Source: a virus | Lineage: Duplodnaviria; Caudoviricetes | Virus record (IMG/VR): IMGVR_UViG_3300032287_003123 | Location: 1,147 to 65,146 of that record | Length of the DNA stretch: 64,000 bases | Strand: one strand, 5' to 3' | Shown: positions 55,279 to 64,000 of the stretch, piece after piece | How the letters are laid out: each line of letters opens with the position of its first letter | Position numbering within the stretch: the first letter of the stretch is position 1 | The notes under the pieces: generated by a model | The model's input: the letters and a program-made list of their open reading frames with translations, nothing else | Database searches by the model: none | Told to the model about the DNA's origin: nothing | Program-made: the position numbers and the translations under genes

Positions 55279-57312
55279 ATGTCAGAAACCGTATTCTCTT
55301 TTCGTCTTTCAGATGAATTTGTAAATAAATATAATAATACTCCAGCCCCATTTGGATTCTCAGATGCAGGTTCCAACTCGTTAGGAGAGATTACATTTAT
55401 TCGTACATATTCTCGTGTCAAGGAAGATGGAACTAAAGAACGCTGGCATGAGGTTTGCCGTCGTGTAATTGAGGGTATGTATTCAGTACAGAAAAACCAT
55501 GCTAAAGATAATCGTCTTCCATGGAATGATAATAAGGCTCAGAAGTCAGCACAAGAAGCCTTTCAGAGAATGTTTGAATTGAAGTGGACTCCACCAGGTC
55601 GTGGTCTATGGGCATTTGGTACACCTATGACTATGGAGAAGCGTAACTCTGCTTCCCTGCAAAACTGTGCTATGGTTTCTACTCGTGACATTGATCGTAA
55701 TGATCCTGGTGCATTATTTTCTTGGGTAATGGATGCATTAATGCTGGGTATTGGTGTAGGTTTTGATACCCTTGGACAAGATAAGCAAATGTCTATTTAT
55801 GCTCCTACAGAGCCAGCATCAATCTATGAAATCCCAGATACTCGTGAAGGATGGGTAGAATCAGTTCGTCTTTTAATCAACTCATTTTTACGACAGAATC
55901 AGCCAATTCAGGAATTTAACTATGACCTTATCCGTCCTCTAGGAGCCCCTATTAAGGGCTTTGGAGGCGTTGCAAGCGGTCCACAACCACTTATTGATCT
56001 CCATACACGTATTCGTAATGTAATAGGTTCTAGAGCAGGAGAAGCCCTAGACAGTCGTGCTATTGTAGATATTGTAAACCTTATTGGTACCTGTGTTGTT
56101 TCTGGAAATGTTCGTCGTTCTGCAACTCTTGCACTTGGTGTACCAGAAGATGAAGGTTTTATTAATCTTAAGAATCCAGAAGTATTCCCAGAAAGAAATT
56201 CATACGATCCACAAAAACCAGGTTGGGCATGGATGAGCAACAACTCTATTGCTGCTGAAGTTGGAACAAAGTATGAAGACTATGTAGATTTAATTGCAGA
56301 CAACGGAGAACCAGGTTTTATCTGGCTTGATGTTGCTCGTGATTATGGCCGTCTTGCAGATGCTCCTGATTACAAGGACACTCGCATTATGGGCTTTAAC
56401 CCTTGTGCGGAGCAGCCATTGGAAAGTTACGAATTGTGTACACTTGTAGAAGTGCATCTTAATCGTCATGAATCCAAGGAGGACTTCCTCAAAACGTTGA
56501 AGTTTGCTTATCTTTATGGAAAGACCGTAACACTTATGCCAACACATTGGCAGCAGACAAACGGCATTATGCAGCGTAATCGCCGTATTGGTACATCTCT
56601 TACAGGTATTGCTGCATTCGCTGACGAGCATGGTCTTCCAGTTATTCGTGAGTGGATGGATGAAGGATATAATACAATTCGTAAATATGATCATTCATAT
56701 TCAGAATGGCTTTGTGTTCGTGAATCAGTTCGTGTAACAACAGTTAAGCCATCAGGATCTGTATCACTTCTTTCTGGTGCTACTCCTGGAGTTCACTGGG
56801 GACCTGGAGGAGAATTCTATCTTCGTGCTATTCGTTTTGGTAATCAAGATCCAATGCTTCATTTATTCAAAGCAGCGGGGTATAAAATTGAAGACGATTT
56901 AGTATCAGCAAATACTTCAGTAGTATATTTCCCAGTTGCATCAGGACACAAGCGTTCTGAAAAACAAGTTAGCCTATTTGAAAAAATTGGTTTGGCAGCA
57001 ACTGCTCAGAAGTACTGGTCTGATAATGGTGTTTCTGTAACTCTATCATTTGATAAGGAAGAAGAGAAGAAGTTTGTTGCTCCAGCACTCAATATGTACG
57101 AGGGACAACTCAAGGCAGTATCATTCCTTCCAATGGGCAACAAGACTTATCCACAGCAACCTTATACAGAAATCACAAGAGAAGAATACAATGCATACGT
57201 AGGTAAGATTGGAAAGATTGACTGGTCTGCTATTTATGATGGTATTGAAAATCTTGAGGCAGCAGGAGAAGCATATTGCTCAACTGATGCATGTGAGATT
57301 AAGTTTTACTAG
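55279..57312 (+). CDS. nrdJ: class II (adenosylcobalamin-dependent) ribonucleotide reductase
   Basis: RTYSR, PPGRGLW, NCA, GNVRRSA, NPCAEQ.L, TTVKPSG, C-terminal CSTDAC. Confidence 0.92.
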   Translation: MSETVFSFRLSDEFVNKYNNTPAPFGFSDAGSNSLGEITFIRTYSRVKEDGTKERWHEVCRRVIEGMYSVQKNHAKDNRLPWNDNKAQKSAQEAFQRMFELKWTPPGRGLWAFGTPMTMEKRNSASLQNCAMVSTRDIDRNDPGALFSWVMDALMLGIGVGFDTLGQDKQMSIYAPTEPASIYEIPDTREGWVESVRLLINSFLRQNQPIQEFNYDLIRPLGAPIKGFGGVASGPQPLIDLHTRIRNVIGSRAGEALDSRAIVDIVNLIGTCVVSGNVRRSATLALGVPEDEGFINLKNPEVFPERNSYDPQKPGWAWMSNNSIAAEVGTKYEDYVDLIADNGEPGFIWLDVARDYGRLADAPDYKDTRIMGFNPCAEQPLESYELCTLVEVHLNRHESKEDFLKTLKFAYLYGKTVTLMPTHWQQTNGIMQRNRRIGTSLTGIAAFADEHGLPVIREWMDEGYNTIRKYDHSYSEWLCVRESVRVTTVKPSGSVSLLSGATPGVHWGPGGEFYLRAIRFGNQDPMLHLFKAAGYKIEDDLVSANTSVVYFPVASGHKRSEKQVSLFEKIGLAATAQKYWSDNGVSVTLSFDKEEEKKFVAPALNMYEGQLKAVSFLPMGNKTYPQQPYTEITREEYNAYVGKIGKIDWSAIYDGIENLEAAGEAYCSTDACEIKFY

Positions 57313-57347
57313 TCTTTAGCCTGCTATAATAAGAGGATAGGAGAACA

Positions 57348-60300
57348 ATGTCTATTCCATCAAATTTATATGCAGAAAAGGTATTTGCGGAACACCCAAT
57401 AGGTCTTTGGTCATTAGATGATAAGTTAGACTACTTAAGTTTAATTAATGAGTCACAAAGAGAGATTGATGTAGAATGGGATATTTCTGGTGGCATAGCG
57501 TACTCAGGAACAGCAATAACTGGTGAACCTTTTATAGATAGCCCAACAACAGTTCTTGAGGGTGATGTCCCATCTGGAGATACAAACGATATTATTGTTG
57601 TTAGTCCAAACCTAGTTAATTTTAATTCACTAAATCAAGATTTTGGAAGTTTTTGTGTTGGATCTTATGTATTTTCGGATAGTGCATACATGCAATCAAT
57701 TTCTATTGGATATGAATATACAGACCCAGATACATTAGCAAATATTTCTAATATGAAAACTTTTGAAACAAATTCAACACAGGCTTGGCTTTTTGTTTCT
57801 GAAACATTTGAAACGCCAGATATTGATGCTGAGTTTAGAGTTGTTTTAAAAATAACAACAACCTCTGGTGCGGTAACAACAGAAGCATATAGGTTTTATG
57901 TAAATGGAATAACTGCTGGTCAGTGGTCAGAAGAGTTTAATGTAACATCTTTAGGTGTACACTCAACAAGCATTCCTTCAGAAATTTCAGTATATGGTGG
58001 ACAACAAGGAATATTAGCGGAACCATATGGAATCTCTGATGAAAATGGATATTACATAAATTCTAATGGCTTGCTTGCAAGAAATACAAGTATTCCAATG
58101 GTTTATGGTTCAACAAATGTAACAAAGGTTTTACCATCAGATAACGCTTCTATAATTGTGCCTGGCAAAGGATTTTTAAATAAAAAGGGTCAATACCTTG
58201 ACTATACAGTTGAATTTTGGGCAAGAATAAATTCAAGTGCAACTACGGATAAAAGAATTTTTGGTCCAATAGGCTCATCAGATGGTTTGTATGTAAATAA
58301 TGGTTTTCTTACTTTTGCAATTGGAAACGTTTTTGGTTCTCATTTTGTTGGAGAATGGTTTAGGCCAATGCTTATTCAGATTAGATTAATTCGTGACTCA
58401 GCATCAGTATTAATTAATGGAGAACAAGTTATTTCTTTTATTATAGACACAGACAATCTTTCTTTGCCAAACGAACTTGATAGTCAAAATAAAAATCAAG
58501 ACTGGTTAGGGTTTTATGCGTATAATGATGTTGATCCGTTTGAAATTGACTGTGTAGCCATATACCCTTATCAGGTGCCAATCAATGTTGCAAAGCGTAG
58601 ACTGGTATATGGTCAAGCAGTTTTGCCAACACAAGCAATTAACTCTTCTTATAATGGAACATCAGTTTTTATTGATTACCCATTTGCTGGTTACACAGCA
58701 AATTACTCTTATCCTAATTTTGCACAATGGTCACAAGGAAACTTTGACAATATTGCAACAACGTCATCATACTTGACTCTTCCAAATTATAGTTTGCCTG
58801 AAATAGTTACTGGCACAAAGTCACTAAATGATTTTTATCTAGATAATCAAGACATCCAATCTGAAGATTATAAGTTTACAACTTTTCATCCAAACTCTGA
58901 ATGGGACAATAATCACTCATATATTAATTTTAATTCTTTTAATGTTTTAAATGATGAGGTCCATGCTGTTTTTGGAATATTTAGTTCTGATAATTTATCT
59001 TCAGAAGAAACACTGTTTAAGATTTATAATTCTGTAACTGGAAACTTTTTTGGTGTAAGAAAAAATAATGACCAGATATATTATTATCTTGTATATAATG
59101 GAATTGAAGAAGAAATATATACATCAGATGAAATCATGTCGGATGAAAAATTTTCAGTTGGTTTTATCATAGAAGATTTGGTTAATGTTTTTGGTGGAAA
59201 TGTTTCAACATTTTTTGGAAATAGAAATGGTTTAAAACTTTATGTCGCAGGAGAAGATAATCCACAGTATTCTTTTACTGGAAAAATGTATTCTTTTGGT
59301 TTTTCTACAAAGTTTAACTCAAGAATAATTAAAGATCATTTTGATGATAATGGAATTGCTTTGCTATCTTCTTCTCAGGATTTACTTGATCATACAGCAA
59401 GTTATACCCTTGTTCCAATTGAAGAGTATGGTTCTTTTTATTTTGATATTTCTTCATACGGGTATTGGGAAGACTATCAACCATTATCATATTTTGGAAA
59501 AAATATTAAAAATAAAAATGGTACAGAATATTATGATTTAGATTTTTTACAGTTTAACATTGACTATCCATCAACATCAATAATTGGAGAACAACTTGTA
59601 GAGCCGTATCAGTTTTATGATACAGAAAACGCTTTTGTAAAAACATATATAACTTTTCAATACATAGAAAATGGGGCAAACGAACAACAGGACTATTTTA
59701 TTTATGAAGAAAAGCCAAATATTGATGGAGTTATTGACATTGACCTATATCCAAATTGGCTAAGAACTAAGTTTGAAGTTATCAATGGAACACTTTTGTA
59801 TCCAAGTAAAACTATTGACTTTAACGAACTTGCAATTGTTTATCATATTGAATTTTTTGTCCGTGGAACTATTAAGAAATCTTTGCAAATTAAAAAACTA
59901 GAAATTGCTTCTCAGTCTTTAAACGATAACTCATTTAATGAAATTGGCACAAAGTTTGGTGTTAAAATGTTTCCTTATAAAAAAACTGGATTGTATTATG
60001 ACTATAAAACAAAAAACCCATTTAGTATTTATAAAGGAAGCAGTCCGTACCTTTATTTAACAAAAGATTCAGGAATAAAAATTCGTGGAACTTTTGATGC
60101 TGATGTAAGTCGTGGAGTTGCAATATCAATAAATGATTCAAAGTCTTCTTCTTATCAGATTAATGCTGCTCAACTTTGGATGAGGTATGACGGAGTATCA
60201 TTTGACGATAACTCGTTAGAGTTATTTGACATAAGATATAAAAACGATACAATTAAGTTTTATTTTGTTGCAGACACCAATAAAAAAAATCGGGCAACAA

Positions 60301-60800
60301 TATATGCAAAAAGTTTACTAACTGGAGAAGATGTTAGTGGAATTGCATATTATGTAAATGGTGTTTTAGTTAGAGAGCCAAAAATTGGTATTGGAGAGTG
60401 GCTATCCCTTGGTATTTCTTTTTCAAATTCTTTAAATTTTGACTCCTATACTGGAGCAATTAGTCTTAGTGGCCCCATGCTTTTTAACAATATTTCATAC
60501 TATCAGGCAAACAGCCTTCAACAACTTCAAAGGTATATATCAAGACCGTGGATTAGCGTTAAAAATGATGGAATCATTGATCTAGACTGGCAGTACTGGG
60601 TCAACGACTATGTATGGCAAGAGGTTCTTGTTATTTCTTCCTCAAATCTATATTCAACAAATCCAGACGATATTTATAAATCTTATGTAGGAACCAATAA
60701 GATTATTGTTGATGACCAAGAGGGAATTTTGTTTGATGATGACAAATTAAAGATATATACCGAGAAAAACTGGCAGTCCATAGTCAAAACCCCAGTGTAA
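57348..60800 (+). CDS. large virion protein with LamG/ConA-like domains
   Basis: EHPIGLWSLDD, YTVEFW; 1150 aa beta-rich. Confidence 0.6.
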   Translation: MSIPSNLYAEKVFAEHPIGLWSLDDKLDYLSLINESQREIDVEWDISGGIAYSGTAITGEPFIDSPTTVLEGDVPSGDTNDIIVVSPNLVNFNSLNQDFGSFCVGSYVFSDSAYMQSISIGYEYTDPDTLANISNMKTFETNSTQAWLFVSETFETPDIDAEFRVVLKITTTSGAVTTEAYRFYVNGITAGQWSEEFNVTSLGVHSTSIPSEISVYGGQQGILAEPYGISDENGYYINSNGLLARNTSIPMVYGSTNVTKVLPSDNASIIVPGKGFLNKKGQYLDYTVEFWARINSSATTDKRIFGPIGSSDGLYVNNGFLTFAIGNVFGSHFVGEWFRPMLIQIRLIRDSASVLINGEQVISFIIDTDNLSLPNELDSQNKNQDWLGFYAYNDVDPFEIDCVAIYPYQVPINVAKRRLVYGQAVLPTQAINSSYNGTSVFIDYPFAGYTANYSYPNFAQWSQGNFDNIATTSSYLTLPNYSLPEIVTGTKSLNDFYLDNQDIQSEDYKFTTFHPNSEWDNNHSYINFNSFNVLNDEVHAVFGIFSSDNLSSEETLFKIYNSVTGNFFGVRKNNDQIYYYLVYNGIEEEIYTSDEIMSDEKFSVGFIIEDLVNVFGGNVSTFFGNRNGLKLYVAGEDNPQYSFTGKMYSFGFSTKFNSRIIKDHFDDNGIALLSSSQDLLDHTASYTLVPIEEYGSFYFDISSYGYWEDYQPLSYFGKNIKNKNGTEYYDLDFLQFNIDYPSTSIIGEQLVEPYQFYDTENAFVKTYITFQYIENGANEQQDYFIYEEKPNIDGVIDIDLYPNWLRTKFEVINGTLLYPSKTIDFNELAIVYHIEFFVRGTIKKSLQIKKLEIASQSLNDNSFNEIGTKFGVKMFPYKKTGLYYDYKTKNPFSIYKGSSPYLYLTKDSGIKIRGTFDADVSRGVAISINDSKSSSYQINAAQLWMRYDGVSFDDNSLELFDIRYKNDTIKFYFVADTNKKNRATIYAKSLLTGEDVSGIAYYVNGVLVREPKIGIGEWLSLGISFSNSLNFDSYTGAISLSGPMLFNNISYYQANSLQQLQRYISRPWISVKNDGIIDLDWQYWVNDYVWQEVLVISSSNLYSTNPDDIYKSYVGTNKIIVDDQEGILFDDDKLKIYTEKNWQSIVKTPV

Positions 60801-60812
60801 TGTGGTATACTG

Positions 60813-61214
60813 ATGGTTATGGATTCATTAATTAACCCTGAAACTGGCGAACCACTAGTAAAAAATGTTCGCAGACAAGTAATTGAAAAGAAGTATAACT
60901 GGGGTCTATACGTATATAAGAAATCAAATGGTAAGTGGTTTACTGATGGTAGCGGAAACGTACTTAATATTGAATCTATGCGTAACGACCTTACAAAAAT
61001 TGCAGAACTAAAGGCAGCAGCAAAGCACTATGGGGATGAGGGAGACGGTGAAGCCGTATTTGTACCTGGTCTTACAAGAATTACAGACGAAGAATACTCA
61101 GAGCAAATGGACAGAATGAAGTCTGGATTAATTCCATCAATGAATGATCTTGGTGCTTGGCATGCAGCACAACAAACTCTTAACAAAGCAGGCAAGGATC
61201 AGTTTGATGAGTAA
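60813..61214 (+). CDS. hypothetical protein preceding portal
   Basis: leaderless after TGGTATACT. Confidence 0.6.
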   Translation: MVMDSLINPETGEPLVKNVRRQVIEKKYNWGLYVYKKSNGKWFTDGSGNVLNIESMRNDLTKIAELKAAAKHYGDEGDGEAVFVPGLTRITDEEYSEQMDRMKSGLIPSMNDLGAWHAAQQTLNKAGKDQFDE

Positions 61215-62838
61215 TAGCGATTATATTGAAGCAAGGATTGGAACAAACGAAAAACAAGAAAGCCAGTTTAAGAATAGCGATCCTTTTAATAAGTCTTGGG
61301 ACGAATTAAAAAATCTTGGGGGACTTGAAGATAACTTTAAACGTCGTATAACCAGACAAGTAAACAAGGCAATGACACAAGAAGGTTATCTTGCTACAAA
61401 TGGAAATATTGATCTTCTTAGTACCCCTTATCTTGATTCAGCAAATGCTGATCCTAAAGGACTTAAAGATGCTGGATCAAAGGCAATAAACCCTGGCTTA
61501 GTGTACCGAAATGGTTACGGACTATTTGATGTAATTACACCACCATACAACATGTACGAACTTGCTAACTTTTATGATACTTCTTTTGCTAATCATGCTG
61601 CGATTGACGCAAAGGTAGAAAATGTTGTTGGTCTTGGTTACCGATTTGATGTAACAGATCGCACAATGATGAGTCTTGAAAATAATTCAGATCAGGCAGC
61701 AACTAGTCGTGCTCGTAATCGTATTGAACGAGCAAAGTTAGAACTTCGTGATTGGCTTGAGTCTTTAAACGATGACGATAGTTTTACACGTACAATGGAA
61801 AAAATCTATACAGATCTTCAGGCAACTGGAAACGGATATATGGAAATTGGAAGAACAGTAAGTGGGGAAATTGGATACTTAGGTCATATTCCATCAACTA
61901 CAATGCGTGTTCGTCGTATCCGTGATGGATATGTTCAAATCATTGGACCAAAGGTTGTTTATTTCCGAAACTTTGGTGCTACAAACAGAAACCCATTAAC
62001 AGCAGATAATCGTCCAAATGAAATTATTCACTTTAAAGATTATTCTCCATTAAACACATACTATGGAGTTCCAGATATTATTGCAGCGCTTCCTTCACTT
62101 ATTGGTGACCAACTTGCTTCACAGTATAATATTGATTATTTTGAAAATAAAGCGGTACCAAGATATGTAATTACTCTCAAAGGCGCTAAGTTGTCTGCTG
62201 ATGCTGAAGATAAAATGTTTAGATTCTTGCAGACAGGACTAAAGTCACAATCACATAGAACTTTGTACATACCACTTCCTGGAGATAATGATCAGTCAAA
62301 GGTTGAGTTTAAAATGGATCCTATTGAAAATGGTATTCAGGACGGCTCATTTAAAGAATATCGCAAGCAAAATCGTGATGATATTTTAATTGCACATCAG
62401 GTACCTATCTCTAAACTTGGTGGATCAGAATCAGGACTTGCAGCAGCACTCTCACAAGATAGAACCTTTAAGGAGCAAGTGTCTCGCCCAGAACAACAGC
62501 ATCTTGAAAAAATTATTGGAAAAATAATTAAAGAAAGAACGGATATTCTTCAGTTTAAGTTTAACGAACTTACTCTTACAGATGAGATCGCACAGTCTCA
62601 AATTCTTGAGCGATATGTTAAGAATCAGATTATGCTTCCTAATGAGGCACGTGAGATTTTGGATTTGCCACAGGCTGAACACGGAGATACTCCGCTTCAG
62701 TTGAGTCCAAGACAAGCAGCAGACGCAGCAGCAAATGGAAATCGTTCTAGAGATGCAGAAAGAACCAACAGCCAGTCCGATGGACCAGCAACGGTATCTG
62801 GTAGAAATCCGAAGGGTGAAGGCAGAGCGTCTCAATAG
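61207..62838 (+). CDS. portal protein
   Basis: TGNGYMEI.R, NEIIHFK.YSP...YYGVP, YFENKAVP, HQVP; precedes prohead protease. Confidence 0.88.
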   Translation: MSNSDYIEARIGTNEKQESQFKNSDPFNKSWDELKNLGGLEDNFKRRITRQVNKAMTQEGYLATNGNIDLLSTPYLDSANADPKGLKDAGSKAINPGLVYRNGYGLFDVITPPYNMYELANFYDTSFANHAAIDAKVENVVGLGYRFDVTDRTMMSLENNSDQAATSRARNRIERAKLELRDWLESLNDDDSFTRTMEKIYTDLQATGNGYMEIGRTVSGEIGYLGHIPSTTMRVRRIRDGYVQIIGPKVVYFRNFGATNRNPLTADNRPNEIIHFKDYSPLNTYYGVPDIIAALPSLIGDQLASQYNIDYFENKAVPRYVITLKGAKLSADAEDKMFRFLQTGLKSQSHRTLYIPLPGDNDQSKVEFKMDPIENGIQDGSFKEYRKQNRDDILIAHQVPISKLGGSESGLAAALSQDRTFKEQVSRPEQQHLEKIIGKIIKERTDILQFKFNELTLTDEIAQSQILERYVKNQIMLPNEAREILDLPQAEHGDTPLQLSPRQAADAAANGNRSRDAERTNSQSDGPATVSGRNPKGEGRASQ

Positions 62839-62879
62839 TTGAGAAATCTGCATAAACATTTGGTATAATGGAATACGAT

Positions 62880-64000
62880 ATGAACATAAATAAGGCTTTT
62901 TGGACCACTGATGGCGACAATGTTCGTCTATCAATGCCCTTTGGAAAAGTAGACGTAGAAAAGCGTATAGTCTCTGGATTTGCTTCTCTTGATAATCTTG
63001 ACAAGCAATATGATATTGTAACAACAGAGGCTTCAATGAAGGCATTTGCAAAATTCCGTGGAAATATTCGTGAAATGCATCAGCCATCAGCCGTAGGAAA
63101 AATGATTTCTTTTAAAGAAGAAAAGTATTTTGATCCAGAAACAAAAAAGTTTTATAAAGGTGTTTATGTATCAACTTATATTTCAAAGGGTGCAGCAGAT
63201 GCATGGGAAAAGGTTCTTGATGGAACCTATACTGGTTTTTCAATCGGGGGAAGAATGAATAAGTGGGATGATGCATACAACGAAGAATTAGAAAAATCAA
63301 TTAGAATTATTAAAGACTACGATCTTGTAGAGTTAAGTCTTGTAGACTCACCAGCAAATCAGTTTGCAAGCATTATGTCTGTTGAAAAAGTTGACGGTGT
63401 AGATGTTATTAAGGGTGACCTAGCAGATGTAGTTGTAGAAAATGTTTTTTATGATGAAGAAACAGGAATTGTTTTAACTTCTGATGAAGAAACATACGTT
63501 AGCCCAATAAGTGGCAACGAAATGAAGAACATTGGTTTTGTAGAAAAAAATGACTCAGAAAAAGCAAACATGATAAAGTTCTTAGTTGATAGTGCTAAAG
63601 GCATTAATACTTCTAAGATTAACAAGGAGGTAAACCCTATGTCAGAAGATACAACAGCAGTAGTTGATGCACCAGTTGCAGAAGCAGAAGCAGTATCCGC
63701 AGAGGTCACTCCAGAGGCACAACCAACAGAAGCACCAGAAGCAGTCGTAGAAGCAGAAGCACCAGTTGCTGAAGCAGAAAAGTCTGACTCTGTTGTAGAA
63801 GATAGTGCTACATCTTCAGTAGAAGATGCAATTCAGACTCCTGAAGCACCAGCAGCAGAAGATGTTGCAAAGGCTGATGAAGTAATTGCAAATGCAATTG
63901 CAGAAATCAAGGAATCTGTTACTAATGCCTTTGGCGATCTAACAGCAACAATTAAGTCACTTGGTGATGAAGTTGCTAATATGAAGAAGTCTCTTGATGC
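62880..64000 (+). CDS. HK97-type prohead protease fused to scaffold-like region (truncated by window end; not in track)
   Basis: RIVSGFAS...D.QYDIV, REMHQ..AVG, GFSIGG, ELSLVDSPAN; Ala/Glu-rich tail. Confidence 0.88.
   Translation, partial: MNINKAFWTTDGDNVRLSMPFGKVDVEKRIVSGFASLDNLDKQYDIVTTEASMKAFAKFRGNIREMHQPSAVGKMISFKEEKYFDPETKKFYKGVYVSTYISKGAADAWEKVLDGTYTGFSIGGRMNKWDDAYNEELEKSIRIIKDYDLVELSLVDSPANQFASIMSVEKVDGVDVIKGDLADVVVENVFYDEETGIVLTSDEETYVSPISGNEMKNIGFVEKNDSEKANMIKFLVDSAKGINTSKINKEVNPMSEDTTAVVDAPVAEAEAVSAEVTPEAQPTEAPEAVVEAEAPVAEAEKSDSVVEDSATSSVEDAIQTPEAPAAEDVAKADEVIANAIAEIKESVTNAFGDLTATIKSLGDEVANMKKSLD

Noticed and set aside
55279-57312. Intein or intron in nrdJ
   Set aside because: 677-aa ORF is continuous and of normal length, with no splicing motifs
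62452-63709. Minus-strand ORFs over the portal/protease (and similar antisense ORFs elsewhere in the track)
   Set aside because: Shadow ORFs opposite well-supported genes; the real gene is the plus-strand protease from 62880
1-64000. Stop-codon reassignment
   Set aside because: Long conserved genes are intact in the standard code, TAA, TAG and TGA all end genes, and no suppressor tRNA was seen

Overview
AT-rich fragment of a large tailed dsDNA phage, almost certainly infecting an Actinobacterium (WhiB, FmdB-like zinc ribbon, leaderless extended -10 promoters, actinobacterial TF boxes). Layout: 1-22 kb accessory genes (proteases, Hsp20, endolysin, SNase, thioredoxin, WhiB, Trp-halogenase, glycosyl-, methyl- and carbamoyl-transferases, 5 tRNAs); 22.7-23.3 kb non-coding repeat/bent-DNA region; 23.3-35.6 kb mostly minus-strand early-type region of tiny ORFs separated by repeated regulatory cassettes (plus tRNA-Asp); 35.9-43 kb cluster of dUTPase-fold-like paralogs; 40-64 kb tail/fibre genes, class II RNR, portal and prohead protease (truncated). 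Most notable: (i) 12 promoters match the mycobacterial PafBC/RecA-NDp DNA-damage promoter motif TGTCRG-N10-TAnnnT (11 exact, 1 TGTCAC variant), mostly in cassettes that also carry CRP-like, DnaA and GACAC boxes; (ii) a dispersed family of small H-type RNA pseudoknots, including a back-to-back array of five different ones; (iii) seven paralogous dUTPase-fold-like proteins. All assignments come from reading motifs by eye; no database search was run.
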